This document shows positions 13,316 through 30,295 of a DNA stretch of 64,000 bases, piece by piece. Location: NCBI GenBank assembly GCA_009914755.4, contig CP068257.2:37120001-37184000 (forward strand). Direction: 5' to 3'. Each line of letters opens with the position of its first letter. Within the stretch, counting starts at the first letter, position 1. Source of the stretch: the human T2T-CHM13v2.0 reference genome, Homo sapiens. Below the pieces are notes generated by a model. It made no database searches. It was not told where the DNA came from and was given only the letters and a program-made list of their open reading frames with translations. The translations under genes were made by a program, and so were the position numbers.

Positions 13316-14282
13316 ACTTATGTTTTTAAATAAATTGATAAAATCATTTCAAATTATTTTATGCCCAAATACATATGCATGTGATGTGAAATGTGGTTGC
13401 CTTTTCAAATGTGTGACTTGACATAGGCAGGGGTCTCAGCTTTAAGAAAAAGGGGAAACCAAGTCCTCAACATGGTCTTGTCTTTCCCTGGGCCCATAGC
13501 TCCTATGTAGATGGTCCCAGACCAATTACAACCGGATCTGCATGTCCAGCTCCTGCCGGGGACCACCCCAGCTGCACCTCTCCAGACAGCAGGGACAGGC
13601 TCGGGCACCTTGTCCAAGGCAGAAAGACATCAGAGCTAAGGCTGCCTGGATTCAAACTGTCATTCTCCTGCCGAGTAAAAAGATGACCTTGGGGGCTTAC
13701 TTAACCTTGCTGATCTCAGACATGCCTGCTTCAAGGGGCTGTTTGTGAAGATTGCCTACCTGAAAGGAAGAAGGTGGGGCAAAATTAATCCAAGCAGATA
13801 ATTTATTTGGCCAAGCTTGAGGATTGCAACCCGAGAGCATAGATTCAAGTTGTCCTGAATCTACAATCCAAAGAGCGCAGGTAGTCGTGGATTTTTAAAA
13901 ACAAGAGGCAGGGAGTTGGCTGCTACAAAGTTGTTTGCCAGGAATTCTCATTGGTGTACACGAACAACATTGAAGAGCAATTGGTTATACATGGTTAAGC
14001 TATAGGTTGTGGGTTACAGCATCCCCTGTGGCATTATTAGGTTAATCTACAGCTATCTGTGGCAATAGCAATAGTTTAAAGAGATGAACACACAGCTCAA
14101 AGTGGGAAAGTGGAGAATGGTTGCTATCTCATTTTAATGCCTCTCTGGGCCTGATAATTTGAAAGGGCTCACGTTCCTCACATGAAAGTTCTTTTCTTTC
14201 CTCTGGATTGAGTTCACACATGGCACATGGAGTATGACCTGTACATTCATTCACTCAAAACAAAAAACAAAACAAAAAAATA

Positions 14283-14600
14283 GCTCCAGGCAGTGACTCA
14301 TGCGTGTCATCCCGTACTTTGGGAGGCCAAGGCAGGAGGATCTCTTCAGGCCAGGAGTCGGAGACCAGCCTGGACAATATAGTGAGATCTCATCTCTATT
14401 TAAAAAAAGTTTTTTTTTAATTAGCCAGGCGTGGTAGTGTGTGCCTGTGGTCCCAGCTACCTGGGATGCTGAGGTGGGAGGATCAATTGAGTCCAAGAAT
14501 TTGAGGCTGCAGTGAGCTGAGATTGTACCACTGCACTCCAGCCTGGATGACCAAGCAAGATCCTGTCACAAAAACAAACAAACAAACAAACAAACAAAAC
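14283..14600 (+). mobile_element. Alu element with (CAAA)n tail
   Basis: ggctccaggcagtgactcatgcgtgtcatcccgtactttgggaggccaaggcaggaggatc ... gcaagatcctgtcacaaaaacaaacaaacaaacaaacaaacaaaac. Confidence 0.9.
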
Positions 14601-14799
14601 TATGCAGCAGCAACTATGTGCTGGGCCCTGTTCTGGACCCTGGGATACAGCTGCAAACAAAGGTCCTGCTCTTATGGAGCTCACATCTTGTGAGGGAGAA
14701 GCAGGAGATGGAGATGTAACGTGCTCAGGGTGATGAGAGCTGAGGAAAGAAGTGAGCTGGAGAAACGGATTGGGACACGGGAAGGCATCACTGACGCGG

Positions 14800-15483
<684 letters not shown>

Positions 15484-17993
15484 AGCTGAAGCAAGCAAGG
15501 CCGTTAGCAAGGAGCGGGCTGGGGAGAGCACTCCAGGCAGAGGGAACAGCCAGGGCCAGGGCCTTGAGACAGACGTGAGCCAGGATATCTGAGGAACAGC
15601 AGAAAAGCCAGTGTGGCCGCAGCTAAATGAGGAACAATGTGTGAGTTCCCTGGGGCGGCCAAAACAAACACCACGGACGGGGGCCTTCAACCACAGACAC
15701 CGATTTCCTCACAGCTCTGGAGGCGAAAAGTCCAAGAAAACTGCACGGAGTATCTATGAGGCCCTGATGGAGACCTGACCTGGTCCACACCCATGGCCTG
15801 GCAAGCTAGATGGGGTGAATTTTCACCTGCCACAGTCGCAAGTCAAAGCCACCGGCTTCTCTCTTCTCCCTCCCATTGCTCCTGACAGCCAGGGTTAATA
15901 TTTTGCCTCATGTAAACAGGGAGGCATCCACCCGAGAATCTCCCCTCAGCCCACATAAGCTCTGCAGAGAGGGCTGTGTTGCTCCAGTTCCCACCTGGAC
16001 ATGAGCACTTTGAAGGGCAGCTTCCCTCCCGGGGTCTGGCTGAGCTCAGGGTAGGCGTCAGTCTGCATGGATTGGATGGAGGAAGGCTGTGCGTGGCAGG
16101 AGATGACACTGCCCTTGGGCTGTGTGGTTTCTCTCTGTTCCGAGCCCTGTTCCTCCACCTTAGCGGAATAGCGCCTCTCCATCCAGTTCTCATCTTTGAG
16201 AACGTTTCTTGGGATGAAAGCCACGACGTTGGATATGAACAACCTGGTTGCCAAGTTGTTTGCATTTTTGCCTCCTCTCCTTTCTGAAGGGAAAAGCTGT
16301 CCTTGTGTGGGGCCACTTCAGACCCCAGTGAGCAAAAGGAGTGATGTTTAGGGGAAGGCAGGGAGAGCAGAAACTTGCATATTCCACACCTTCTGCGGCT
16401 GGGCACTGGGATGGGCCTTTCTCATGGCCGGTGGGATGGGAGAGGAGAGAGGTCTCCATCCAGCACCACTTACATCACACACATAAGCGACCTGGGGTAT
16501 TAGTGGCTAGGAGTGCAGGTTCCAGATATCTCTCAGGTATAGTCTCCGCAGGATCCTGTTCCTCCCTTACCACTCATGAAGCCACTTTTCCCCCCAGGAG
16601 CCTTGGTGGTCTCCTATCTAAAGTGGGGATGGCACACAAATCCATGTCCTTGTGACGGTCCCATGAGAGAAGCAGACAGACCCTGTGCACACAAGGGCCT
16701 GCAGGGAGAAGCGCTCTACACGTGGCGACACCCTTTCCTCCCAGGATGGTCTCCTCTGCATTCCTGCTGTCATCCCAGCGTCCCACCTGATTCCCCAGGA
16801 CACAGCTGACTAGAAATCAGCCCTGGACTAGAACCCACCGCCCGCCAGGGGTGGGTACGCTTTCTCGGAGGCCCCCATGGGGAGGCAAAATGGAAAACCA
16901 CACCCAATACTCAACCTACAGTGGGCCACTAATTCCCAAGGCAATTCTGCTGTTTGTATCTGTGGGAGAAATGCATTTCCTTTGTTTTCGAAAAAGCAGA
17001 TGGCCAGGTGTCATTGGCAGAGGGGCTGCAGTGAGGGCAGTGAGGGAGAGCAGAGGAAATGAATGGACAGTGCAGAGGACAGGCCAGGTGGCCCACAACC
17101 AGGCAGACAGCTCACGTTGCCTTTTCTGGAAATAGGGACTGCATGACCAATCTGTGCCTGTGCCTCTCTGGCACACAATGGACAATTTCGGAAAACTTCA
17201 AAAGAAAAAGCCAAGTTGATTTTGCTAAAAATGTGAAGTTTCTCTCTCTCTCTCTCTCTATCTCTTTAATGCAATGCATAGTTTATCATTTTCTTGTCTT
17301 TAGGATTAATTAAAGACAGGGCTAAATTTGTTTAAACAAGCTCTAAAATATTAAAAAAGAAGAAGAAGGCAAAGTACATAGTGTTTCCAAGTCCAGGGAA
17401 CATTCTGTTCCCTGGGCTTCAGTTTATAACTGAATGTGCTTTACGTTTAGAAGACAAGCTATAGCTTGTAAAATGAATGTGGAAATAATCTAAAGTATGA
17501 GGCCTCCATTATTTATTATGTAATTGGAGAAAATTCTGGCTGGGAGAAATCTTTAGCTGAAAGCCAAGATGATCCCTACTCAATCGTTCTTAAACAAAAT
17601 TAACATGTATCCATTTCTTTGATAATATTTCACTGGCAGGCAGTTCCTCTTCTAGGCTGCTATGAGCAAATTGCCAAGTTGGGTGTCACCCGTATAATCA
17701 TTATCATGGGAAACCGTCAGAGTTCCTTGGGCAAGGGAATCAAAGATTTCAAGTGTTGACATTTTGTTAAGTAGGTTTTTTATAAAGTCTTACATTTAGA
17801 ACTTTTCAGAACATGTCATCTCCAAAATCAGTAATCATTAAACGACGTCCAAGACCATGTTTTTGAGATCCTTCTATACTCTAAAAGCATTTTGATAATA
17901 TTATTCCATAAACTGCCCCTTTTTTATTAAATGCATATCACAATCTTTTCAAACTATGAATATGGTCCTGGTTCATTCAAGAGAAAGAAGCTC

Positions 17994-18282
17994 TGCCCAG
18001 TGCAGTGGCTCACGCTATAATCCAATCACTTTCAGAGGCAGGAGGATCACTTGAGGCCAAGAATCGGAGACCAGCCTAGGGGGCAACAAAGTAAGACCCT
18101 ATCTCTACAAAAATATTTAAAAGTTAGCCAGGGGTGGTGGCACATACCTGTGGTCCTGCCTACTCAGGAGGCTGAGGCGGGAGGATCCCTTGATTCCAGG
18201 AGTTCAAGGCTGCAGTGAGCTATGATCATAGGATTGCACTCCATCCTGGGTGACAGAGCGAGATGCTGTCTCTTAAAAAAAA
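17994..18282 (+). mobile_element. Alu element (older, AluJ/S-like)
   Basis: cccagtgcagtggctcacgctataatccaatcactttcagaggcaggaggatcacttgaggccaagaatcggagaccagcctagg ... ctgggtgacagagcgagatgctgtctcttaaaaaaaag. Confidence 0.85.
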
Positions 18283-18939
18283 GTCATTGGTGATGACTTT
18301 CTTTATTGCCTTTCATTAACAAAGTAATTTCCCCATAGATGCCTCCCTCCCGCCATCTAGGACTTGTGGAGGTCGAAAATATCATGAATGAATGTTCACT
18401 TTTATAAAATGTTCTTCCTGCACCACTTGTGCCTTGAGAAGCTCTGTGGAGTGCAGGGTCATTCTCAACTTTCTTGAGGAGGGGATGTCTCCACCCCCAA
18501 CTCCACTGTAGGCACCCTCTTCCCTTAAGCTGCTTTAATTTTTTTTCACTTAATATTCACTCAACTATATTCTTTACAAGAAAATAAATTCCAAGGGGAC
18601 AGGGACTTTTCTGCCTTACTTCTGTTTCCAAGCTTTTAGAAAAGCACCTGGCACATGGTAGGTGCTCAATAAATATTTGTGGTGATACTTATTAAGAAAT
18701 GGAGTGACAAAAGGCACTGTGAATTCATTAACATTAAAAATATTTTGTCTTATTGCATGAAATTAATGCATACATATAAAAATGGTGGCATGTAAGTGTA
18801 TGCGTTATTTAATCTCTGTTATAGGTTTCTGAACCCCTGGGAGTAACTCCAAGGATCAGAGATTGAGAACCACCTATATCAGGGGGAACAAGTACTAAAT
18901 TGAAGTGCCGTAGACTGACTTGATTCTATTACAGGCTGA

Positions 18940-19160
18940 GCATCTTTTATTTGAAATGCTTGGGGCCAGAAGTGTTTTGGATTTCAGATTATTTTGGATT
19001 TTGGAATATTTGAATTATACTTACCAATTGAGCATCCCAAATCCAAACATCTGAAATCTAAATGTTCCAATGAACCTATCATTAAAGCATCTTGTCAGTA
19101 CTCAGAAAATTTCAGATTTTGAAACATTTTGGATTTTTGGATTTGGGATGCTTAACCTGT
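18940..19160. repeat. Palindromic interspersed repeat (possible MITE/DNA-transposon remnant)
   Basis: Inverted arms ttttggatttcagattattttggattttggaatatttg vs ccaaatccaaacatctgaaatctaaatgttcc. A third copy ttcagattttgaaacattttggatttttggatttgggatgcttaacc follows. I do not know the family. Confidence 0.3.
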
Positions 19161-20145
19161 ACCTGCTAGGTAACTCTGAACAACACCACTTAATTTTCCT
19201 GAGTCTTGGTTTAATTGTGTGGCAGATGGGAGTAATAATAGCTGATTTACCTACTCGACATAGCTGAAAATAGAATGATATGTATATATGCAAATACATT
19301 TTGTAAACTACAAAGAACCATACACATATAGATTATTTTTGCTACTATAATAAAACATAGGTCTTGGGTCCGTAATCCCAGCAAAGCAGAGGACTGCTGC
19401 CTGCAGCTTTAGTCAATTTGATCACCATAGTCTATCATCACCATCATTAGAATAGAAACACTTACTCTCCCTGGGGTCTGTTGACCATCCCACGTGCGAA
19501 AAAACCCTATACAAATTTGCCCGGAATGTAGACTCCCCATTGGCCACAGTGGTAGTTTATTAGCTTCATACTGTGTGGAGTCAATGACTCATAGAAGGCA
19601 CATTTTTCACCTCTTAGCCTTGGCAGCAACGACCCGTTGCTCAAAATTTGCTAACAGGCTCCCTCAGCTATTTCCTGTTGTGTTGCAGTAACACCGCTTT
19701 TTCTTTAGGCCACATTAAATTTTAAAACACATTAGAAACATTTCATCCCTGGCCTTCCTCTTCTAGTCATTGCAAAAAAAAAAAAAAAAGTGCTGTAGCA
19801 AACATGAGGATTATGATGATTGGTTAATTTCCCTCCATTTTAACCAATGAAATGTGTTCCTTATCACTATGGTTACATAACAACTAGCTCCCACAGGTGG
19901 AATCCAGCCTCACCAAAGCACCTGGGATAGTTCATCTACTCCTGCTCACTGATTATATCTAAATCACCAATAATGACCCAAATAACTTCGTATTTTTAAA
20001 AGTTATAGAGGTTATGTTATTTTTAGCCACTTCTATTGTGAAATATACTTCCCAAACAGAAAACTGTGCAAATCAGAAATGTCTAGCTCAATGAATAGCA
20101 CGTAGATTTCCTTGCTCTTCTTCAGCTATACCCACCTAAGCATGA

Positions 20146-20494
<349 letters not shown>

Positions 20495-20496
20495 CC

Positions 20497-21099
20497 TGTC
20501 TGTTTTTTAAAGTATATAAATGGGATTCTGTGATATGTTTTCTCTAGTATCTGGCTTGTTTTGCACGTCATTCTGTTTATGAGGTTCATTCATGTTCATG
20601 TAACTGTGGTCCAATTTCTTCACTGCAGTGAAGTTGTTTATTATATTTTAAAAAACATTTTCATGAATCCATTTCATTGTTGATGGACAGTTGGGTTTTT
20701 TCCAGTCTAAAGCTGCTATACACACTGCTGCTGTGAAGATTGCTGTACAAGTCTCGTGCTAAAAATAGGCATGCTTTTCCGCTGAGTATCTACCTAGGAG
20801 TGGAATTACTATGAAAGAAGGAATGCACATCTTCACTTTAATAGATAATACCAAACCTCTTCCTTTAGTGACTAGAACCAAATGTATGATATGAGAGAGT
20901 CTCCATCACTCTCCATTGTCACCAGCCCCTGGCATGGATATTCCCTTTAATCTTAGCCACCTTGGTGAGTGTATTTGGAATCTCAATGTTTTTAATTTGC
21001 ACTTTTCTGATTACTTAAGAGTCTGGGCCCCTTTCCCTATATTTATTGACCATTTGAATATTGTTCTTTGCCAGGTATCTTCAAGTGTCATCCATTTCT

Positions 21100-21100
<1 letters not shown>
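20497..21100 (+). mobile_element. L1 (LINE-1) fragment, old L1M/L1P-type ORF2-3' region
   Basis: Segments such as ccatttcattgttgatggacagttgggttttttccagtctaaagctgctatacacactgctgctgtgaa and tctacctaggagtggaattactatgaaag resemble the conserved L1 region (ttgatggacatttgggttgtttccagtttttggctattatgaataatgctgctatgaacat ... tatacctaggagtggaattgctgg). Confidence 0.55.
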
Positions 21101-22090
<990 letters not shown>

Positions 22091-22905
22091 AGTGTTTTCA
22101 AAATGACATATTTCTATATCTTACAATTTTCCTGAGTTTTGGTGTTAATTAAATGTACAATTAAATCTTTTGGTTTTTAAAAATATAGATAACATCTTCC
22201 ACTGTTTAATTCTATACTGTTTTTTAAAAAGAAAACCTGAAGAGTGCAAACCTGTAGAGTAAGAAAAGGGGAGGAATGAAATTTATCTTACTCCTCCTGC
22301 CAGATGCAGTTTGGTACATCTTAACACTAAATGCTCATTTTACTGAATTCTCACTTTAAGAATGTTCCATTATATTTTAAACTCTTTATAGGCATATTGA
22401 TTTTGTGCTGAAAGAGATTAAACAGCCCTCAAGAGTTTCAAGCAAATTCTCTTAGTCAGTAAATGCATTTCCTCTTTCATTCATGTCCCAATGCCCAGTC
22501 AACATTTTTTGTGTGCCTGTATCACTTAACCAACAAAGATTTTGGAAACAATCTTTGGATAATACAATATTTGATTTCTCATAATGTGACCTGAAGATCC
22601 ACATGATTTTGTTTTTTTGTCAGCCCATGCCACCCCATGGTTTGGAGGAACCAAACCCCCAGCCTTTTGAGGGGTGAGACTCCTGGAATTTTCGTCCCGT
22701 GCCTTCGTGGGGATTTCTCCTGTATTTAGTATTTGTTCACCCGACACAGACTTGCAGAGCCTAATGCATTCCAGACACTGCGCTGAGTGCCAGGAATAAA
22801 GAAACATCTGTACCTGGTACAGTCTGGCTGGGGCAAGAAACCACCAACATGATAAGCAAATGAATGTATAATGTAACAGAACATGGGTTGTGCCCTGAAG
22901 AAAAA

Positions 22906-23075
22906 TAAAGACTGACCAGGAAAGGGGATGGGAGTGGGGAGAAAAACCATATTAAACTGAATTATACCTTCCACCTTACCTTGTATTATGATCAAAAGAA
23001 ATCCCTCTGCTGTCCTTTCCTCCTGACACTCTTCCCACACACACACATGCACACACACACGCACATCTGTAAACC
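22906..23075. repeat. Source-like copy of the duplicated segment, followed by an imperfect (CA)n
   Basis: Same 133-bp sequence, embedded in non-Alu context, continues directly into cacacacacatgcacacacacacgcaca. Confidence 0.8.
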
Positions 23076-24240
23076 CCTGACAACAGTGGTGACGTCTATC
23101 TCACCTTTGTGCACCCCCAAAGCTGAACACAGCTATGCATGACTGACACAATTTTGTTAAACCAAAGAAAATCTTTTCATGATGTCTCCATTAATTTCAT
23201 GTGGCCAACCAGCCATTCCTGGAAGTTTCTTGAACTCTCTGGAGATCCCTTCTGCCTTTAGGCATCTTCTGTCTACTCAGCGAGTAGTTCCTGGGGCTTT
23301 CCTAATGGCATTTCTGCTTATCCGATATCTGCTGGATGTCGTTCAGAAAAATGACATTGGAGGCTGAGGCCTCAAACTTTAGCTCCATATTCTTGGTCAG
23401 GTTTCAGATTTTCACTTAAACACAGCCCTGTCTGCGATGCCAACAGACTTTAGCTCAATTTATTATCAGAGGGCGATCTGGCACTCCCATACAGCTCCGC
23501 AAATGCCTCTGACTATCTAATAACTCATCATTAAACACCACATTCCCTGAGAGGCTGTGGAGACCAGGCAGGGAGGGCCTCTCCCTTCTGAAAAAAGGAG
23601 CCCCTTCCAGGGCTCACAACAAAATGTCAAGTTTGGCAAAAGATAAAAATAGAAGTCTTTGTTTCACACTTGCAAAAAGGCTCAAACTTTCACGTGTGCT
23701 TCTGTTTATATTAAATAAAAAGCCCATTTTTCTTGGGATAAAAGCATCTTAAGAAGAGTTGTAGGGAGAAGAGACTAGGTCCTTTCTTAACCGGAATTCA
23801 ACTGATTAGACCCTGGCCAGACTCTCCAGTCAGACCCAGAAAGAGAAAACAGTGCCAATCCGAATGATTCAGCTCAATCCGTTCAAAACAACAAATCATG
23901 AAATGGCATCATGGACAGGCATGTTACGATAAGACTCTGCTAACGTGGCTTTTGCTGCAAAGTGGGAAATGGTTCTGGGAACTTACAGCTTTAATAAGAT
24001 CAAACAATGCATCAAATGGAGGTCTGAGTTGGAGATCTGGGCTTCGACCTGCAGAAATAAGAATTGAGGCCTGTTGGGTGCTTCGCTGCTGGCAGTGCTC
24101 TCTCACGTGCCCTTTCCAGCTGGCTCTCACCTGATTCTCAGACACCTCTGAGAGCTAGGTGGTGTTCTCGTGTACATGTTAGAGATGAGGAAACCCAATC
24201 TCTGACAGCTGTCTATCCACCTGTTTGGAAGGGGCTGAAC

Positions 24241-24594
24241 TGTGTTCCCCCCAAGCTCATCTGTTGAAGCTTTAACCCCCAGTACTTCAAAGCATGTCTT
24301 TATTCAGAGATAGTCTTTCAAGAGATAATTAAGATGCAGTGAAGTCATTAGCGTGGGCCCTAATCCGATCTGACTGGTGTCCTAACAGGAAGAGGAGATT
24401 AGAACACAGACATGACCATGTAAGGACACAGGGAGAAGGCGGCCGTCTGTAAGCCAAGGAGGGAGGCTCAGAAGGAACGAACCCTGCTCACACCTGGATC
24501 CCAGACTTCTAGCTTCCAGGACGGAGAAAATAAATGTTGTTGAAGCCGCCTACCCTATGGTACTTTATTATGGAAGCCCTAGCACACTAATACA
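24241..24594 (+). mobile_element. MLT1-type ERVL-MaLR LTR
   Basis: tgtgttccccccaagctcatctgttgaagctttaaccccc ... gggccctaatccgatctgactggtgtcctaacaggaagaggagattagaacacagacatgaccatgtaaggacacagggagaaggcggccgtctgtaagccaaggagg ... cagacttctagcttccaggacggagaaaataaatgttgttgaagccgcctaccctatggtactttattatggaagccctagcacactaatacat. Confidence 0.6.
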
Positions 24595-24964
24595 TTAAGG
24601 TAAGTTCTCTGAGGGCAGAATGGGGCTTTTGCTATTTCGATGAAAGTTCTTCGGATTCTGCAAAGCTGACCTCATATTCTGTGATGATTTTGGTAGAAGG
24701 CACACAGGCCACCTGCTCACTCCCTGCTCCTCTCATTCCTCCTCACTTTCCCTCCTATTTTCATCATCTTCCCTCTCCCTTTCTCCTTCTTTCACTCCAG
24801 GGGGATATGTTTGCCAACCATCTGCAAAGTGCCTACTGTGTTTCACGTAAACGCTTTTAATTTACGTAACTCATGCTATTTATCTCGTCATGATTTGACT
24901 CTTTTCCTTTTGGATAGTTTTCAAGATCAATCCTTGTTGCAAGATGAATATTTAACCTGTTACT

Positions 24965-25259
24965 TTTTTTTTTGGAGACAAGGTCTCGCTCTGTCGCTCA
25001 GGCAGGATTGCAGTGGCATGAACACAGCTCACTGCAGCCTCAAACTCCTGGGCTCAGGTGATCCTCCCACCTCAGCCTCGCGAGTAGCTGGGACTACAGG
25101 CATGCACCACCTCACACAGCTAATTTTATTTATTTTTCTAATAGAGATGGGGTCTTGCTATGTTGCCCAGGCTGGTCTTGAACTCCTGGCCTCAAGCAAT
25201 TCTCCCACCTCAGTCTCCCAAAGAACTGGGATTACAGGTGTGGGCCACCACGCCTGGCC
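24965..25259 (-). mobile_element. Alu element (reverse) with TSD
   Basis: Poly-T then ggagacaaggtctcgctctgtcgctcaggcaggattgcagtggcatgaacacagctcactgcagcctcaaactcc ... ggtgtgggccaccacgcctggcc. TSD taacctgttactt / taacctgtaactt. Confidence 0.9.
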
Positions 25260-25883
25260 TAACCTGTAACTTCTAATTGACACCTCAACATTTCCGAAAA
25301 TGCCTTTATTCTGCCTGTGCACTGGATTGATAGTTTCTATAGGTGTAGAAGCCCAGGTCGAAAACCACCTTCCTGCAGAAAGCCCCATCCTCTTGTCATT
25401 CCCAGAGCGGCTGCAGGGAAAGCTACAGCCATTCTGAGTCCTGAGTCTTCATGTGTTGCCTTTTTTCTTCTCCCTGGAAGCTTGTAAAATCTTCTTCCTG
25501 TCCTCACTGCTCTGAAATTGCACAGCAACGAGGCTTCGTGTAGGTCTATTTTTATCTCTTGTACTAGGCCCTTTAGACCTGCAAGCTGGTGTTATTCATT
25601 TCTGGAAAAGTTTCTTGAATTGTATTTTAAAGACTTACCAGCTTCTCTGTTCTCTCCTCCTGGAATTCATCTGGAAGCTGCATTTCCTGGTCTGGGCCTC
25701 CAATTTCATACATTCTCTCCCTTTTCTTCTCTCTTTTCACTTTGCTCTATTTTCTAATACAATTTTCCAGCCATGCCTTCTAATCCTTGTACTGGGTCTT
25801 TCATTTTGGCTATCATGTGACTTTCCCCAAGCTTGCCCAGTGCTTGTTATTTTCCAAATGTTGCTTTTTTATGGTCTCTCACT

Positions 25884-26109
25884 TTTTTTTTTTTCTTTTG
25901 AGACAGAGTCTTGCTCTGTCGCCCAGGCTGGAGTGCAGTGGCGCGATCTCGCTCACTGCGAGCTCCGCCTCCCGGGTTCACGCCATTCTCCTGCCTCAGC
26001 CTCCTGAGTAGCTGGGACTACAGGCGCCCACCACCACGCCCGGCTAATTTTTTGTATTTTTAGTAGAGACGGGTTTCACCGTGTTAGCTAGGATGGTCTC
26101 GATCTCCTG
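25884..26109 (-). mobile_element. 5'-truncated Alu (AluY-like, reverse) with TSD
   Basis: Poly-T then gagacagagtcttgctctgtcgcccaggctggagtgcagtggcgcgatctcgctcactgcgagctccgcctcccgggttcacgccattctcctgcc ... gtttcaccgtgttagctaggatggtctcgatctcctg. TSD tatggtctctcac / tatggtctctcat. Confidence 0.85.
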
Positions 26110-26204
26110 TATGGTCTCTCATTCTTGATGCATAGAAGAAAACTCATCTCATCTCTCTAAAGGTGTTAACAGTAGGTGTAGTCTTGGTTTCCTCCAGGTT
26201 TCTT

Positions 26205-27030
<826 letters not shown>

Positions 27031-27212
27031 GTAACAATACTCAATATCTTTTCACGGGCTTATTAGCCCAAATTGTTTTATAACTTTTTCATGTGCTTTT
27101 ACCTTTCACATTTGTTACCTCCAGCAGGTCCTTAGTGGTCAGCCAGTCCTTGGCTGCTTTGCTGTCCATTTTTTTTAAGTTGTCAAAATGGTTTTTTTCT
27201 TTTTTAATTTTT

Positions 27213-27492
27213 TAAAATTATACTTTGAGTTCTGGGATACATGTGCAGAATGTGCAGGTTTGTTATGTAGTTAAACACATGCCATGGTGGTTTTCTGCAC
27301 CCATCAACCCGTCATCTACATTAGGTATTTCTCCTAATGCTATCCCTCCCCTAGACTCCCACCCCCCAACACACCCCAGTGTGTGATGTTCCCCTCCCTG
27401 TGCCCATGTGTTCTCATTGTTCAACTCCCACTTATGAGTGAGAATATGCGGTGTTTGGTTTTCTGAAGCCATCATTCTCAGCAAATTAACAT
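27213..27492 (+). mobile_element. L1 fragment (primate L1P/L1PA-type, 3' part)
   Basis: ttaaaattatactttgagttctgggatacatgtgcagaatgtgcaggtttgttatgtagttaaacacatgccatggtggttttctgcacccatcaacccgtcatctacattaggtatttctcctaatgctatccctcccctagactcccacccccc...ttctcattgttcaactcccacttatgagtgagaatatgcggtgtttggttttctg is a near-exact match to the well-known L1PA 3'-region sequence. Confidence 0.7.
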
Positions 27493-27873
<381 letters not shown>

Positions 27874-28145
27874 TAGCATGCTCTGCCTGAACCATTTATT
27901 AGGAGACTCCTGATGTAATTTTTTTTTTCTGGACCAGAGAAGATCCTTCCAGTCTGCAGCCTGGAAGGTAAATGTCTAGTTGCCATCTTAGGGAGCTCAG
28001 GGGCTCTGCATTCTGCTGTGTGTCTGCTTCCTCAACGCCCTGTTTTCTGTATAGTCCCACCTGCCATTGTGCCTGTGGTCCTCCATGCCAGCAACTGCAG
28101 TTACAGCTTCTCCAAAGAATAAATCCCCAAGTTCAGCCAGGGTAA

Positions 28146-28486
<341 letters not shown>

Positions 28487-29884
28487 CCCAAACAACTTTC
28501 ATCCCGTCCTCCTTCCTTAGGCCTCCTCCACTCCCATTTCTGGAGGCACTGGGTCCTGAACATCAATGTTCTGTCGTGCAAATCAGGCAATTTCTGCACA
28601 GCTAGTGTAGGATTTGGCTTTCTTAAATTGGCCAAGCCCAGCTCCACTATCCACCTGCACTCCAGCCTCTAAAATCTGCACCCTGTTCTCTCTTCTCCTG
28701 GTCTTCCCATCTATCCTTGGGGATTTACAACTTTAAAAAATAATCTCTTTATTGAAGATAGTCGAGTTCCCTCTTCACCACGTTTACCTAGGAGCCTTCC
28801 TAGTGATGTCTTTAATTTTCACATTGCATTCCATGTTTTACAACGATTGTCTCATGAGACAATCCTCATGAGAACCTCTGGGGAAGATGCTGTAGTCACC
28901 TCCCAGTGAAGAGGAAATTGAAACTCACAAAGTTTCAGGGAGGCATCCGCATCTGCACATGGCAATGTGGAGCTGGGACTTCAGCCCAGATGTCTGACTG
29001 CGGAGCCTGCACTAGTCCTGAACTAAACGGTGCAGTCATTGCCAGTTACTTCATGGCTAGGCTTTGCCACAGTGGCTCAGTGAAACCAGCACTTCCTCGT
29101 GCAGGGAGAGGAGGACCTGCAATGTCCAGGGTACCATGCTGATGGGCAGTGGGAAGCTGTGCCCAGTGACAGCCCTGGTCATCAGAGATAAGAGGGGACG
29201 AATGGCAGTGCAGAATTGGAAGGATGTCTTGAGCCAGCACTGTGCCAAGGCACTTAAACAGGACATGGGTAAGGGTGGGAGCATCCTCCTCCTCATGGGG
29301 GTCTGCTCAGCTCCAATGGGGGCAATAGAGAACTGCAGCTATTTGAGCATTGATGAGTACTGCTCTTGAAGATTCTGTGACTTCTATTATAACAATTTTC
29401 AATCTCTATTCCATTGAAATGCCCTCCCTACAACAATTCATAGCCAAATTGCTTCCAGAGATAATTGGTGGAGATCACAGGTTGCTAGATTGATAGCCTT
29501 TGTTAATGAATCCAGGAATCATGAAGTTTCACCTTGGAAGGGACCTGGAGACCTTCTAGACCAACATGTTTCTCTTGGGGAAACTCAGAGAGGCCAAAGG
29601 CCAGACTCAAGGTGCAAGGCTGGTAAGCAGCAGCTTTGGAACCATTTTTGTGGGGAGAGCAGGAAGATGTGGGGGAAAGATGGCTCAGGAGCCTGGAGGG
29701 GGCTTGGGGAAGGGGCCCACGAAATGCCAGCTCATGGGGCTGAGTAGGAAACCTTGCAAAGGACTAAGATCTCTCCGAAACTCCACATCTAGAGCCAATC
29801 AGGAAGATGCAGCAATGGCCACTGTGAGAAAAGGAAACCTGCAGAGGACATCTGTTATCGATATTTTGAAGCCCTAACTTCTGG

Positions 29885-30295
29885 GACCTCAGAATGTGAC
29901 CTTATTTGGAAATTGGAAATAGAATCCTTGCCAGTGAAATTACTTAAGTTGAGGTCATATGAGAAAGGGTGGGCCCTTCATCCAAGAAGATTGGTGTCTT
30001 TATAAGAAGAGAAGAAGGGACACCGACATAAAGGGAAGAGGACAGCCACGTATGTGATGATGCAGACAGAGACTAGAGGGATGAGTCTGCAAGCCAAGGA
30101 ATGCAAGGATGGCTGGCAACACCAGACGCTCAAAAGAGATAAGAAAGGATCCTTCCCTACAGTCTTCAGAAGGAGCAAGGCCCTGCTAACATGTTGATCT
30201 TGGACTTCTGGCTTCCAGAACCATAAGGGGGTTCTGGTGGTTTATGGTGCTTTGTTGCACCACCTGGTTTATGGTGCTTTGTTGCAGCAGCCCTT
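29885..30295 (+). mobile_element. MLT1-type ERVL-MaLR LTR fragment with internal 21-26-bp tandem duplication
   Basis: gaatgtgaccttatttggaaattggaaatagaatccttgccagtgaaattacttaagttgaggtcatatgagaaagggtgggcccttcatccaagaagattggtgtctttataagaagag ... ttgatcttggacttctggcttccagaaccataagg are MLT1 internal motifs. ggtttatggtgctttgttgca occurs twice at 30240-30292. Confidence 0.5.

Noticed and set aside
19300-19790. Unique segment ending in a 16-nt poly(A) at 19775-19790. Possible retroposed sequence or processed pseudogene?
   Set aside because: I found no recognisable parent gene, no clear TSD and only a 65-aa ORF. It may be an old retroposed fragment, but I cannot support this from sequence alone
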